From the NCBI RefSeq assembly GCF_006345805.1, contig NC_042997.1, positions 186,682,001 to 186,746,000 of the forward strand: DNA of 64,000 nucleotides, read 5' to 3'. Shown here one piece after another: positions 25,538 through 36,816 of this stretch. A program made the position numbers and the translations under genes. Under the pieces are notes generated by a model that was given only the letters and a program-made list of their open reading frames with translations, did not search any database and was not told the DNA's origin. The stretch's first letter is position 1; every line of letters begins with the position of its first letter. Source of the stretch: Octopus sinensis. Lineage: Eukaryota.

Positions 25538-26141
25538 GGCAGTGAGCTGGCAGAAACATTAGCATGCCTGGTAAAATGCTTTGCAGTATTTCATCTGCCG
25601 CTACGTTCTGAGTTCAAATTCCGCCAAGGTCAACTTTGCCTTTCATCCTTTTGGGATTGATTAGATAAGTACCAGTTACGCACTGAGGTTGATATGATCG
25701 ACTTAATCCGTTTGTCTGTCCTTGTTTGTCCTCTTTGTGTTTAGCCCCTTGTGGGTAGTAAAAAAATAGGTATTTCATCTGCTGCTACATTCTGAGTTCA
25801 AATTCTGTCGAGGTCGACTTTGCCTTTCATCCTTTTGGGGTCGATTAAATAAGTACTAGTTACGCACTGGGGTGGATATAATCAACTTAATCCGTTTGTC
25901 TGTTCTTGTTTGTCTCCTCTGTGTGTAGCCCCTTGTGGGTAGTAAAGAAATAGAAATTTCGTCTGCCGCTACATTCTGAGTTCAAATTCCACCTAGGTCA
26001 ACTTTGCCTTTCATCCTTTCGGGGTGGGGTCGATTAAATAAGTACCAGTTACACACTGCGGTCGATATAATCGACTTACTCCGTTTGTCTGTCCTTGTTT
26101 GTTTTTTCTGTGTGTAGCCCCTTGTGGGCAGTTAGGAAATA
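25538..26141 (+). mobile_element. SINE S3 head-to-tail trimer within one 19-bp TSD
   Basis: AGAAACATGGTAA(G/C)AAAAG on both sides; units 2 and 3 lack the 5' head. Confidence 0.85.
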
Positions 26142-26226
26142 AGAAACATGGTAACAAAAGTGTCAAGAGAAGGCGAGCAACTAATCAGGAACTGAAGTAT
26201 TTTCTGGTTCTTAAGAAGACTGTTAA

Positions 26227-26393
26227 CCTTTTCATTACCAACCCAGCTGAAATTAGCTCTGGCTCTGGGTACAAATGCCTTGTTTTTGTAAGTTTTGAAT
26301 TAAAATCTTCCACCATTCCTTAGTCACAATTTATGTTCCAAACACTAGCTAAATGATAACTAAGTTATTTTACTAAATCCTTTGGTATATTTT
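26227..26393. mobile_element. piggyBac-like MITE end, running into the gap
   Basis: TTAA|CCTTTTCATTACCAACC start; homologous to the 24345-24846 element. Confidence 0.4.
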
Positions 26394-26493
26394 NNNNNNN
26401 NNNNNNNNNNNNNNNNNNNNNNNNNNNNNNNNNNNNNNNNNNNNNNNNNNNNNNNNNNNNNNNNNNNNNNNNNNNNNNNNNNNNNNNNNNNNN
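26394..26493. other. Assembly gap (100 N)
   Basis: Run of N. Confidence 1.
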
Positions 26494-26654
26494 TGATTTT
26501 ATCCTAATTATGTATGTATAAACATATATATTTGCATGAACTTAAATATGTGTCCAGTCAATGAGTGACCAATGGTTTCACATTCATAAAGCTCTTAGCT
26601 TATAGACAACTCATCAGGCTCCAATGGCTGCCCAGATATATGATCCACTGATGA

Positions 26655-26851
26655 TATATATATATATATATCGCTAGCCACTACACATTCTTTATTTTCT
26701 TTCCTCGCTTCTTTCTGTATTCCTTTCTGTGGAAGAGCATAGGCTCGAAATGTTAAAGACTTTTTCACTTCCTGAGCATTATACTAATACATCTGTTTGT
26801 TGTCTACACCACCTGTCTTGGTCTTTTGTTTTTTTTTGTGAATTCTCCCCT
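26655..26851 (+). mobile_element. Penelope-type non-coding repeat H1
   Basis: Reverse complement of the 38876-39063 copy; (TA)n on both sides. Confidence 0.7.
26723..26758 (+). ncRNA. Minimal type I hammerhead-like motif (H1)
   Basis: CUUU CUGUGGA A GAGC AUAG GCUC GAAAU GUU AAAG. Confidence 0.6.
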
Positions 26852-26909
26852 ACTATATATATATATATATATATATATGTAGAGAGAGAGAGAGAGAGAG
26901 AGAGAATGA

Positions 26910-26941
<32 letters not shown>

Positions 26942-27088
26942 AACAATATATTAATGAATTTATTCCAAACTTACAGGGAAAAATCAATTTAGAAATTATC
27001 TTATATTTAATCTTTCTATAATATGTCATTTTTCTAAATGGTATAATTTAATTTTCAATATTGAATTGATAAAAGGTGTTTTTTTTCT

Positions 27089-27123
<35 letters not shown>

Positions 27124-27668
27124 ATAATATACATATAATAATATATTCACACACACATGTACATGTGCATTTGCATAAATTTCTCTGAGGAGTAGTTGCA
27201 TATGTTTATCTTATATGCATGTAGCATATCCATAACACAAAGTATGGATGAGAGAGAGAGTGTGAGAGTGACTGAGAGAGAGAGAGCGTGTCCCTTTCTA
27301 TCAATCAATGTGTCGTATCTATCCATCTTTCTATCAGTACCTACCTATTTGTATTTCTGTTAATCAAGCTATCACTGTCTCTTCCTCATTCTCATTCTAA
27401 ACTATTGTATTTTCCATTCCTTGTTTTCTTCTGTATAATAATACATGCATATATGCGACACATAAAGCAATATAAAACATTACCATAATCCATAACTCAT
27501 TGCCCAGTTGACTCCTCTCTCTCCATTCTGCTTAGCAATCGTTTATAGAAATGTCTCTGCATTGATCCACTTAATTATTATATATATATACATATATACG
27601 CATATACATACACACATTTTTGTGCACACATGCATAAATGAATACATATTTATGCATATTTATACATA

Positions 27669-28074
27669 TAGGCACAGGAGTGGCTGTGTGGTATGTAGCT
27701 TGCTTAGTAACCACATGGTTCTGCGTTCAGTCCCACTGCATGGCACCTTGAGCAAGTGTCATCTACTATAGCCTTGGGCCGACCAACGCCTTGTGAGTGG
27801 AATTGGTCGATGGAAACTGAAAGAAGCCCGTCGTATATATATGTATATGTATATATATGTGTGTGTTTGTGTGTCTGTGTTTGTCCCCCAACATCGCTTG
27901 ACAACCGATGCTGGTGTGTTTACATTCCTGTAACTTAGCAGTTTGGCAAAAGAGACTGATAGAATAAGTACTAGGCTTACAAAGAATAAGTCCTGGGGTC
28001 GATTTCCTGAACTAAAGGTGGTGCTCAAGCATGGCGGCAGTCAAATGACGGAAACAAGTAAAAGAGTAAAAGAG
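27669..28074 (+). mobile_element. SINE S2, full length
   Basis: Head, central microsatellite and tail all present. Confidence 0.85.
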
Positions 28075-28433
28075 AATACATATGCATATATACATGCAGA
28101 TTTATAGATATATAAATATACATGTACATATATATATAAATGTATGTGTATATTCATGTCTGTGTGTATGTATGTGTGTGTGTGTGTGTGTGTATATATA
28201 TACATAGATATAGCCGACAAGGTTCACTCTGAACACTCTAATTTTTTCACAGTGAACATACTGGCTACCTGGAGCACTCGGTGACAAGCACGCTTAGGGG
28301 AAGCGTGTGGGCTGAAATGCAGGCCAAAATGAGTGGATGATGGACATGCTACAACGAGGACAACAACATCCAACAAATAAGTCTGGTATTTATTCTATCA
28401 GACTCTTTTGCCAAATCACAAGAACTACAAGAT

Positions 28434-28958
28434 GTAAACAAACCAACACCAGTTTACTACTAAGTTTTCCATGCCGAAGGTGCCCCTGGGGATACAAACA
28501 TACCAACACCAGTTTACTATTAAGCTTCTATGCAGATGGTGCCCATGGGGATACAAACAAATCAACACCAGTTTATTACTAAGTTATCGTGCAGAAGATG
28601 CCCCTGGGGATACAAACAAACCAGTACCAGTTTCCTATTAAGTTACTGTGCAGAAGGCCATCCCTGGAGATATAAACAAACAGCAGTTTACTACTAAGTT
28701 TTCCATGCAGAAGGTGCCCCAGAGGATACAAATAAACCAACACCAGTTTACTATTAAGTTACTATGCAGAAGGCTACCCTGGGGATACAAACATACCAAC
28801 ATCAGTTTACTATTAATTTTCTATGCAGAAGGCGCCCCTGGGGTTATAAACAAACCAACACCAGTTTACTACTCAGTTTTCCATGCAGAAGGTGCCCCCT
28901 GGTAATATAAACAAACCAATAAGAGTTTACTATTAATTTTCCGTGCAGAAGGCCCCCC
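28434..28958. repeat. ~59-bp minisatellite, 9 units
   Basis: Consensus AAACAAACCAACACCAGTTTACTACTAAGTTTTCCATGCAGAAGGTGCCCCTGGGGATAC. Confidence 0.95.
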
Positions 28959-29249
28959 CACCCCACCGCCACCCCCCTGGTCATTTTGGTTCAGTCCTTC
29001 TGGTCATAGCACATATTTTCTTCTGACTGTCCGTGTGTCGTCCCATTACCTTCGCCAGATGCTGATCTGCACTACTTTGTCATGGCTTTGCTATTTCATC
29101 CGACGCAGATTATTGATCGGTTTAATACCGTCACTGCATAACACGGCACGGCTGACCGGCGGCGATGGGGGAGGGTTGATAGGGGGGGGGCGATGAGGGG
29201 GGGGGTCAGGCAAAGATGTTAAATACTGACTACGATAATAAATGTCAAC

Positions 29250-29652
29250 ACAGTTACAATATTACTAGTGGTAGTGGTGGTGGTGGTGATAACAATGGTA
29301 GCGATGCTGATGAGGAAGATGGTAGTGGGGGTTATGATGATGATGATGATGATGATGAAGATGATGGTGGTGGTGGTCGTCGTCGTCGTTGTCTTGGTAA
29401 TGGTGATGATGCTGGTAATGATGATCATCATCATCATTGTAATGAGTGTGGTGACAGTGGTGGTGGTGGTGGTAGTGTTGGTGGTGGTTGTGGTGGTATT
29501 GTGAATGTAATGGTGGTGATGGTGAAAATGATGACGATGTTGATATTGATGGTAGCGATACTGATGATGAGAAGCTGATGATGATGAGGAGGAGGTGGAG
29601 GAGGAGGGTGATGATGATGATGATGGTGGTGGTGGTAATGGTGTTGGTAGTT

Positions 29653-29691
<39 letters not shown>

Positions 29692-29990
29692 GTGATGGTG
29701 GTGATGATGATAATGGTGGTGGTGGTTATAATGATGATGATGATCATCATCATCATGAAAATGATGGTGGCGTTGGTTGTGGCAGCAATGGTGATAGTGA
29801 TGATGATGGCAGTGGTAGTGGTGGTGGTGGTGGTTGTGGTGATGGTGGTGCTGATGATGATGATGGTGGGGGTTGTGGTAATGACAGTGGTGGTGACGAT
29901 AATAGCGGTGGTGGTTGTGGTGGTGGTGGTGGTGGTTGTGACTGTGGTTGTGGTTGTGGTGTAGGTGGTTGTGGTGGCTGCAAAGATAAT
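29250..29990. repeat. (GGT)/(GAT) compound triplet array
   Basis: Read directly. Confidence 0.95.
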
Positions 29991-30315
29991 GACCATGATA
30001 AGAGTCAGACAACAAGACTGTGATCGTTCTGTTCACCACAACCAATAGACATGTTAACTCCCTCGAACAGAAGGGACCAACATTCTGAAACGTTAACCCT
30101 TTCTTCTTCAATTCTTCAAAGGGAAAAGACTGCTTCCGACTTAGCATGCTCTCTGTTTTGTACTTCCTGACACTAGATGCCACCACTAGTTTCATAGGAT
30201 TTCATGCTTGTTGTTGTTGTTGTTGTTGTTGTTATTCAACCCAAAGCCCCCCTCCCCCGCAAAACCGATCAACCCTAAGTCAGCAGATTTTCTTAGGGTT
30301 AACTAAAGAATGCAT

Positions 30316-30318
30316 TAT

Positions 30319-30364
<46 letters not shown>

Positions 30365-31190
30365 CATGACGGCGGCGATGGCAGCCATGACAGTGACGAC
30401 GACAACAGCACTGATGACAGCAACAATAACAGCAAGAATGATAAGGAGAGAGAAGAGGAAGAGTAGGAAGTAGAGGAGGAGGAAGAGGGCTAGGAAAAGG
30501 GGTGAGGGAAGGGGAGGAGAAAGGGTGGAGGAGGAGAAAGGAGAGGATGGGGAAGAGGGGAAGAGGCGGAGGAGGTGAAAGGGGGTGAGGGGAGAAGGAG
30601 GAGGAGAAAGGGGAGGATAAGGAGGAGGGGAGGAGGAGAAGAAGGAGGAGAAGGAGAAGGAGAAGGAGAAGAAGGAAGAAGGAGAAGGGGAGAAGGAAGT
30701 GGAGGCAGAAGAGAGGAAGAGGAGGAGGAAGTGGAAGTAAAAGGATGAGAAGGCGAAGAGAAAGGGGAGAAAGGAGAAAGGGGGAGGAGGCAGAGGAGGC
30801 GGAGGAGGAAGAGGAAGAGTGGTGTTATTGGTGGTAGTTGGTGAAGATGGTAATGGTGAAGGTGATAGTGGTGATGGTAGTGGTGTCTCTTGCAATGATG
30901 ATAAGGGCCATGAATATTGATGATGATGATGATGATGATAAGAACAATGATGACAAGGACAATGATGGTGATGATGATAACAGCAATGCTGCTGCTGCTG
31001 ATGATGATGAGGAGGAGGAGGAGGAGAATGACAATGGTGGTGATGATGATTAGGATGATGAAGATGATGGTGATGATGGTGATGGCACTGACAATGATTA
31101 TGAGGATTACAATGATGGTGATGACAACAAGGAATTTGACAACACTTACAATGATGATGGTGATGATACTGGTTATGATGCTGATTATGT
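30316..31190. repeat. (GAT)/(GGA)/(GGT) purine-rich array
   Basis: Read directly; about 30460-30830 is nearly pure purine. Confidence 0.95.
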
Positions 31191-32224
31191 CAACATGTAT
31201 TTTTCCTCTCCTATCTGTATTATTTGACATCTCATTTTTTATTTTTGTCACTTTCTCTCTTATTCATCTCCTCTCACATCTCTTCCTCTTCTTCTTCTTC
31301 ACTCCTATCACCAACCTACCCTTCACTGCATCCCCTACAACCACCACCACCACCACACCCATTAATGCCAGTCACAACAAATCCTGACCCAAGGTCCCTA
31401 AAGGAAATTGTACAAGGTGAAACAAGACTACTTTTGGCCCTGGTAGGGGTGTGGTGAAAACACTCAAAAATTCCAGGGCACCCCAGCCCCATGAGTTTCT
31501 TTGTTACTTGTTTTTTAGGGAAAGCCCTGTCAAATATTCACAAGTCATCTCTTTGACATTTCAGATCCCTAAATGAAATGTACTAGTTGGACCCCACTAA
31601 AAAGGCCCTGTCCTCACCCTGCAGTTAGAAGGACACATTAGATAACGTAGTCCAAAATTCACTGTCTGAAAATAAGACAATGTGGTCATGACTGGAATGC
31701 CCTTAACTACAGGTCTGAGGTCAGAGCTGGCCAAGGGCTAAACAGCAACAACAACTAGACAAAAACCATTTGTCCTTTAAGAAGTCTGCTTTCTAACCAC
31801 ATGGTTCCAGGTTCAATCTCACTTCATGACACCTTGGGCATGTGCCTCCTACTTAAGCCGCAGGCTGACCAAAACCTTGTGAGTGAATTTTGGAGATGGA
31901 AACTGAAAGAAGCCTATCATATGTGTGTGTGTCTGGGTGGGTGGGTGGGTGGGTGGGTGGGTGGTTGGGTGTGTTTCTCCCCCACCACTGCTTGACAACT
32001 AACTTGATTTGTTTACATACCTGTAACTTAGCAGTTTCGCAAAAAAGACTGCTAGAATAAGTACCCGGCTTTAAAAAAGTAATGGTGCTGATGGTGAGGG
32101 CAGTGACAATGATTATGAGGATTACAATGATGGGATTGATTCATTTTACTAAAAATTCTTCAGTGTGGTGCCCCGGCATGGCCACAGTCTAATGAGTGAA
32201 ATAAGTACAAGATAAAAGATAAAA

Positions 32225-32577
32225 CAGTACTATATCTAAGAGATGAGGAATTATGTACATTATTTACATTTGATGGATATTTGTCCTCATCTTGTTTGTT
32301 GTTAACACAATGTTTCAGCTGATATACCCTCTAACTTTCACCAGGTGTCTTGGGGAAATTTCGAATCTGGGTTCTCATTCCTAAGGTATTTTTCAATGCT
32401 ATTATCATTATTATTATTATTATTGTTGTTAGTGTTCAGGTCACTGCTTGGAATCAAACTCGGAACCTTGGGATTAGTAGCCTGTGCTCTTAACCACTAT
32501 GCCATATGCCTGTGGGCAATTATGGAGTGAATTTTAGGGCTTATAAATCTAATATTGTTCTATCCTTCCTTAATACC
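32225..32577 (-). mobile_element. Penelope-type repeat with tRNA-like segment and decayed hammerhead (32304-32349)
   Basis: GACAC CUGGUGA A AGUUAG...CAGCU GAAAC AUU GUGUU; tRNA-like TAGTGGTTAAGAGC...GTTTGATTCC upstream on the same strand. Confidence 0.6.
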
Positions 32578-32711
32578 GGTTCCCATATGCTGCTCATATC
32601 TGCATTTGGTATGAAGGAAGGATAGAACAATATTAGATTTATAAGCCCTAAAATTCACTCCATAATTGTCCACGGGCATATGGTATAGTGGTTAAGAGCA
32701 CAAGCTACTAA

Positions 32712-33215
32712 GTTAAGTTAAGTTAATTTTTTGGCTCAAAAAGCAAAAATCAAGGCCATGTAGGGAGACATGGAGTTATGTACAGGGAGGGTGTTCATGC
32801 AAAGAGTTCAGGCCATTTCTAGTCAAGAGAGTCTTTGAACCGAGCAGTCATCGGCATCTTCACTATCTTATTCCACAGATCCGCAACCTGGACGTAGAAA
32901 GCCCCTTTCCTTCGATTGAGATGAAATCATCACAGATAGAGCTTTTCGGAGTGACCCTGCAGCCGATGCTCCGGAGCAGGAGTGAAGAACAGCTCTTTCG
33001 AGAGGTTACACTTTCCGCTTATGATGTTATGAGTGAGAACGAGATCAGCACGGCGTCGTCGTTTTTCTAGAGAATAAAGGTCGAGCGTCTTCAGCCTTTC
33101 TTCATAAGACAAATGCTTGAGACCAAGAACCATGCGGGTAGCCAGCCTCTGGACTCTTTCGAGATGATGTATGTCTTTGAGGAGATAAGGAGAAGATTAG
33201 GAGATAAGGAGATAA
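32712..33215 (-). mobile_element. CR1-type LINE 3' fragment with (TAACT)n tail
   Basis: PYLLKDIHHLERVQRLATRMVLGLKHLSYEERLKTLDLYSLEKRRRRADL...DLWNK is the classic CR1 ORF2 C-terminus. Confidence 0.9.
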
Positions 33216-34020
33216 GATTCCAAGTTCGATTCCAAGCCTGTATGTATGTATGTATATATATAGACACACATGCAGTTGTGTGGTAAGAAGCTTGCTTTTC
33301 CATCACATGATTCCAAGGTCAGTCTCACTGCTCAGAACCTTCGGCAAATGTCTTCTACTATAGCCTTGGGCTGACTAAAGCCTTGTTTGACAGAAACTGA
33401 AAGAAGCCCATCTTATATATGTACGTGCAAGTGCATGTGTGTGTGTGTGTTGTTGTTCTCTTGACATCACATACTAGTTGTAATTGAATATCACAACTTT
33501 TTTTTTTACTTGTTTCAGTCATTTGACTGTGGCCATACTGGAGCACCGCCTTAAGTCGAACAAATTGACCCCAGGACTTATTATTTGTAAGCCAAGTACT
33601 TATTCTATTGGCCTCTTTTGCCGAACTACTAAGTTATGGGAACGTAAATGCACGAGCATTGGTTGTCAGGCGATGTTGGGGAGGAGGAGGGACAAACACA
33701 GATGCACAAACATATATATATATATATACAATGGGCTTCTTTCAGTTTCCGTCTACCAAATCCACTCACAAGGCTTTGGTCGGCCCAAGGTACCACATAG
33801 TGGGAATGAACCCGGAAACCATGTGGTTCATAAGCAAGCTACTTACCACACAGCCAACCAGTTATATTGTTCATTTCAAGTCTTCTCTGAAAAGAATGTC
33901 TGGCCAGGGGGGGGGGGATGACCTTGCTTGGAATCAGGTGAAAGTCTCTGAAAGGTCGAAAGTTAAAGTGAACCTTGGCATAATTTGAACTCAGAACATA
34001 AAGAGGACGGTATGCCACTA

Positions 34021-34255
34021 TGAAGGCGGCGAGCTGGCAGAAACGTTAGCATGTCGGGTGAAATGCTTTGCGGTATTTTGTCTGCCGTTACGTTCTGAGT
34101 TCAAATTCCGCCGAGGTCGACTTTACCTTTCATCCTTTCGGGGTCGATAAATTAAGTACCAGTTACGCACTGGGGTCGATGTAATCGACTTAATTCCTAT
34201 GTCTGTCCTTGTTTGTTCCCTCTATGTTTAGCCCCTTGTGGGTAATAAAGAAATA
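34021..34255 (+). mobile_element. SINE S3 nested in an antisense S3, 12-bp TSD
   Basis: GGTATGCCACTA at 34009-34020 and 34256-34267. Confidence 0.85.
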
Positions 34256-34519
34256 GGTATGCCACTAAGCATTTTGCATGGTATGCTAACGATTTTGCCA
34301 GCTCACCATTTTTTTGTTTTTGTTTTTGTTTTTGTTTTTGTTTTTCTAGCTGGAATCAATGTTACGAAGAATTCCACCAAAGATTCTGACTATTCTGTTA
34401 CTCCCACCATCACTTTTGACTGGTTTTTTTCATTTTAAACAACCTGCAACAGAATGAATGAAGCGAAATTAATCTCAGTTGTGATTTGAACTTGGAACAT
34501 AAACTGCCAGAAGAAATAC

Positions 34520-35090
34520 CACATGTCGTTGCTGCTGTTGTTGTTGTTGCTGTTGTTGTTGTTGTTGTTGTTGTTGTAGCTGTTGATGTGGTTGTTGGTG
34601 TCCTTGTTTAGATGGTGATAGTGTTGATGCATTTGAATATTGCTGCTGATGATGTTTGGTGTTGTTGTGCCAGTGATGGTGGTGGAGGTGGTTGTGGTGG
34701 TGGCGGCGGCGGCGGTGGTGGTGGAGGTGGTGGTAGTGGTGGATGCGGTAGTTGTGGTGGCGGCGGTAGGTGTTGGTGGGGAGGTGGTGGTGGTGGATGG
34801 TATGGTGTGGTGGTGGTGGTGGTGGTAGGTTGGTGGTGGTGGTGGAATGTTGTAGCGGGTGTGGTGGTGGTGGTGGTGGTAGGTGGTGGTGGCTGGTGGC
34901 AAGGGTTGTAGCGGTTGGTTGGGTAGTGGTGGTGGTGGTGGTGGTGGTGGTGGCAATGGTTGTAGCGGTAGTGGTGGTGGTGGTGGTGGTGGTGGTGGTG
35001 GCAATGGTTGTAGCGGTAGTGGTGGTGGTGGTGGTTGGTGGTGGAGGTGGTGGAGGTGGTGGTGGTGGTGGTGGTGGTGGCAACGGGGGA
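34520..35090. repeat. (TGT)/(GGT) triplet array
   Basis: Read directly. Confidence 0.95.
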
Positions 35091-35439
35091 GGTGTTGATC
35101 CACTGCAGTAATATTTTAAAACAAATACTGCGTGTGAAAAGCGAATTGAGAGGCACAGTGGGAGTTAGATATATTTGCAGAGTGTGTGTGAGGGGTGGGG
35201 TGGAGGTAAGAGTTAAAGATTGACAGGGATTTTATGCAAGAGAGAGACAGAGAGAGTGAGAGAGAGAAAGGAGAGGGTAATAAAGGTGAGTGAGAGATTG
35301 AGAGACAGGACTGAGAGTGAGGATGGAAAATAGAGGTGGAGAAGAAAGAGGTTGAAATTAGGGAAGAGAGAACTGGGGTATAGGATAGGGGAAGAGCTAG
35401 GGAGAGGTGGGAAATTCCAAATGATAAGGAGAAAGAGAG

Positions 35440-36070
35440 AAAGACAGAGAGACAGAGAGACAGGAAGATAGAGAGACAGAGAGACAGAAAGACAGAGACA
35501 GAAAGGCAGGGAGACAGAAAGACAGAGAGACAGGAAGACAGAGAGACAGGAAGACAGAGAGACAGGAAGACAGAGAGACAGAGAGACAAAGAGACAGAAA
35601 GACAGAGAGACAGGAAGACAGAGAGACAGGAAGACAGAGAGACAGGAAGACAGAGAGACAGGAAGACAGAGAGACAGGAAGACAGAGAGACAGAGAGACA
35701 AAGAGACAGAAAGACAGAGACAGGAAGACAGAGAGACAGGAAGACAGAGAGACAGGAAGACAGAGAGACAGAGAGACAAAGAGACAGAAAGACAGAGAGA
35801 CAGGAAGACAGAGAGACAGGAAGACAGAGAGACAGGAAGACAGAAAGACAGAGAGACAGGGAGACAGAAAGACAGAAAGACAAAGAGACAGAAAGACAGA
35901 AAGAGAGAGAGAGAGAGAGACAGAAAGACAGAGAGACAGGAAGACAGAGAGACAGAAAGACAGAGAGACAGAAAGACAGGAGTGATAGGGGATTAGGTTT
36001 GGAAGAGAGGAGTGAAAGAGACAATGTATGTATGAGAGAGAGAGAGAGAGAGTCAGAAAGAGAGAGACAG
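35440..36070. repeat. 16-bp GACAGAGAGACAGGAA minisatellite in a (GA)-rich tract
   Basis: Read directly; source of the SLCL/SVFL ORFs. Confidence 0.9.
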
Positions 36071-36575
36071 AGGCAAAGAAAGAGAAAGAAAAGAGACAAA
36101 GTAACATGAGTTAGAGGAAAAGGAGAAGAAAGAGAGAATGACAGAGAAAACATGTGTGTGTTGGAAAAGGAGGAGTAGATAAGCAGAGAGAGAGAGTGAG
36201 GAGAAGGCAGAGTAGGTGAAACAAGAAAAGGAAGTGAGCCCCAATGTAAAAGAACTGAAAACAGGAGTACTCCTGTACTCATATAACTCACATAGTTTTA
36301 AAGCTCCCCATTACACCCATACACACACACATCACCACCCAGTAGAGCCTAACCGCACCCATATACACTGACTCCACAATTTCAGATGTGTCCTCTCCAC
36401 AGACACTTCACATCAAACGATACATGGCCAATAGATTAGAATAAATGTCTTTTTTTAAACTTATTTGTTGTTGTTATTATTATTATTATTATTTTTAGTG
36501 TTGTTGTTATTGTTGTTGTCGTGTCTTTGTTTTTGGTTTCTTCATGTTTTTTTTTATAGCATTTCTTACTTTCAG

Positions 36576-36610
<35 letters not shown>

Positions 36611-36676
36611 TCAGTGGTGAAATTTATTGTAGCCAAAATGTTCAAGGAATCTGGAGAGATATTTGAACTAAAAAAA

Positions 36677-36728
<52 letters not shown>

Positions 36729-36745
36729 TAATGATAATGATGATG

Positions 36746-36816
<71 letters not shown>

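Noticed and set aside
28434-28958. Regular arrays here and at 59399-60069 superficially resembling CRISPR
   Set aside because: The units are wholly repeated with no unique spacers, they derive from SINEs, the context is eukaryotic and there are no cas genes.
30060-30100. GAAACGTT with an AGAA/TTCT stem, resembling another hammerhead
   Set aside because: No CUGANGA-like core upstream of the stem.
29434-30195. 253-aa His-rich ORF with a 65-aa unique N-terminus, suggesting a beak-type His-rich protein
   Set aside because: The poly-His comes from (CAT/CAC)n and all frames give homopolymers. There are no Gly-His motifs, signal peptide or supporting splice structure.
35116-36291. 391-aa ORF, the longest in the track
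   Set aside because: Translation of a stop-free GA-rich minisatellite; the same applies to the other poly-amino-acid, (CV)n, (HT)n and (YI)n ORFs.
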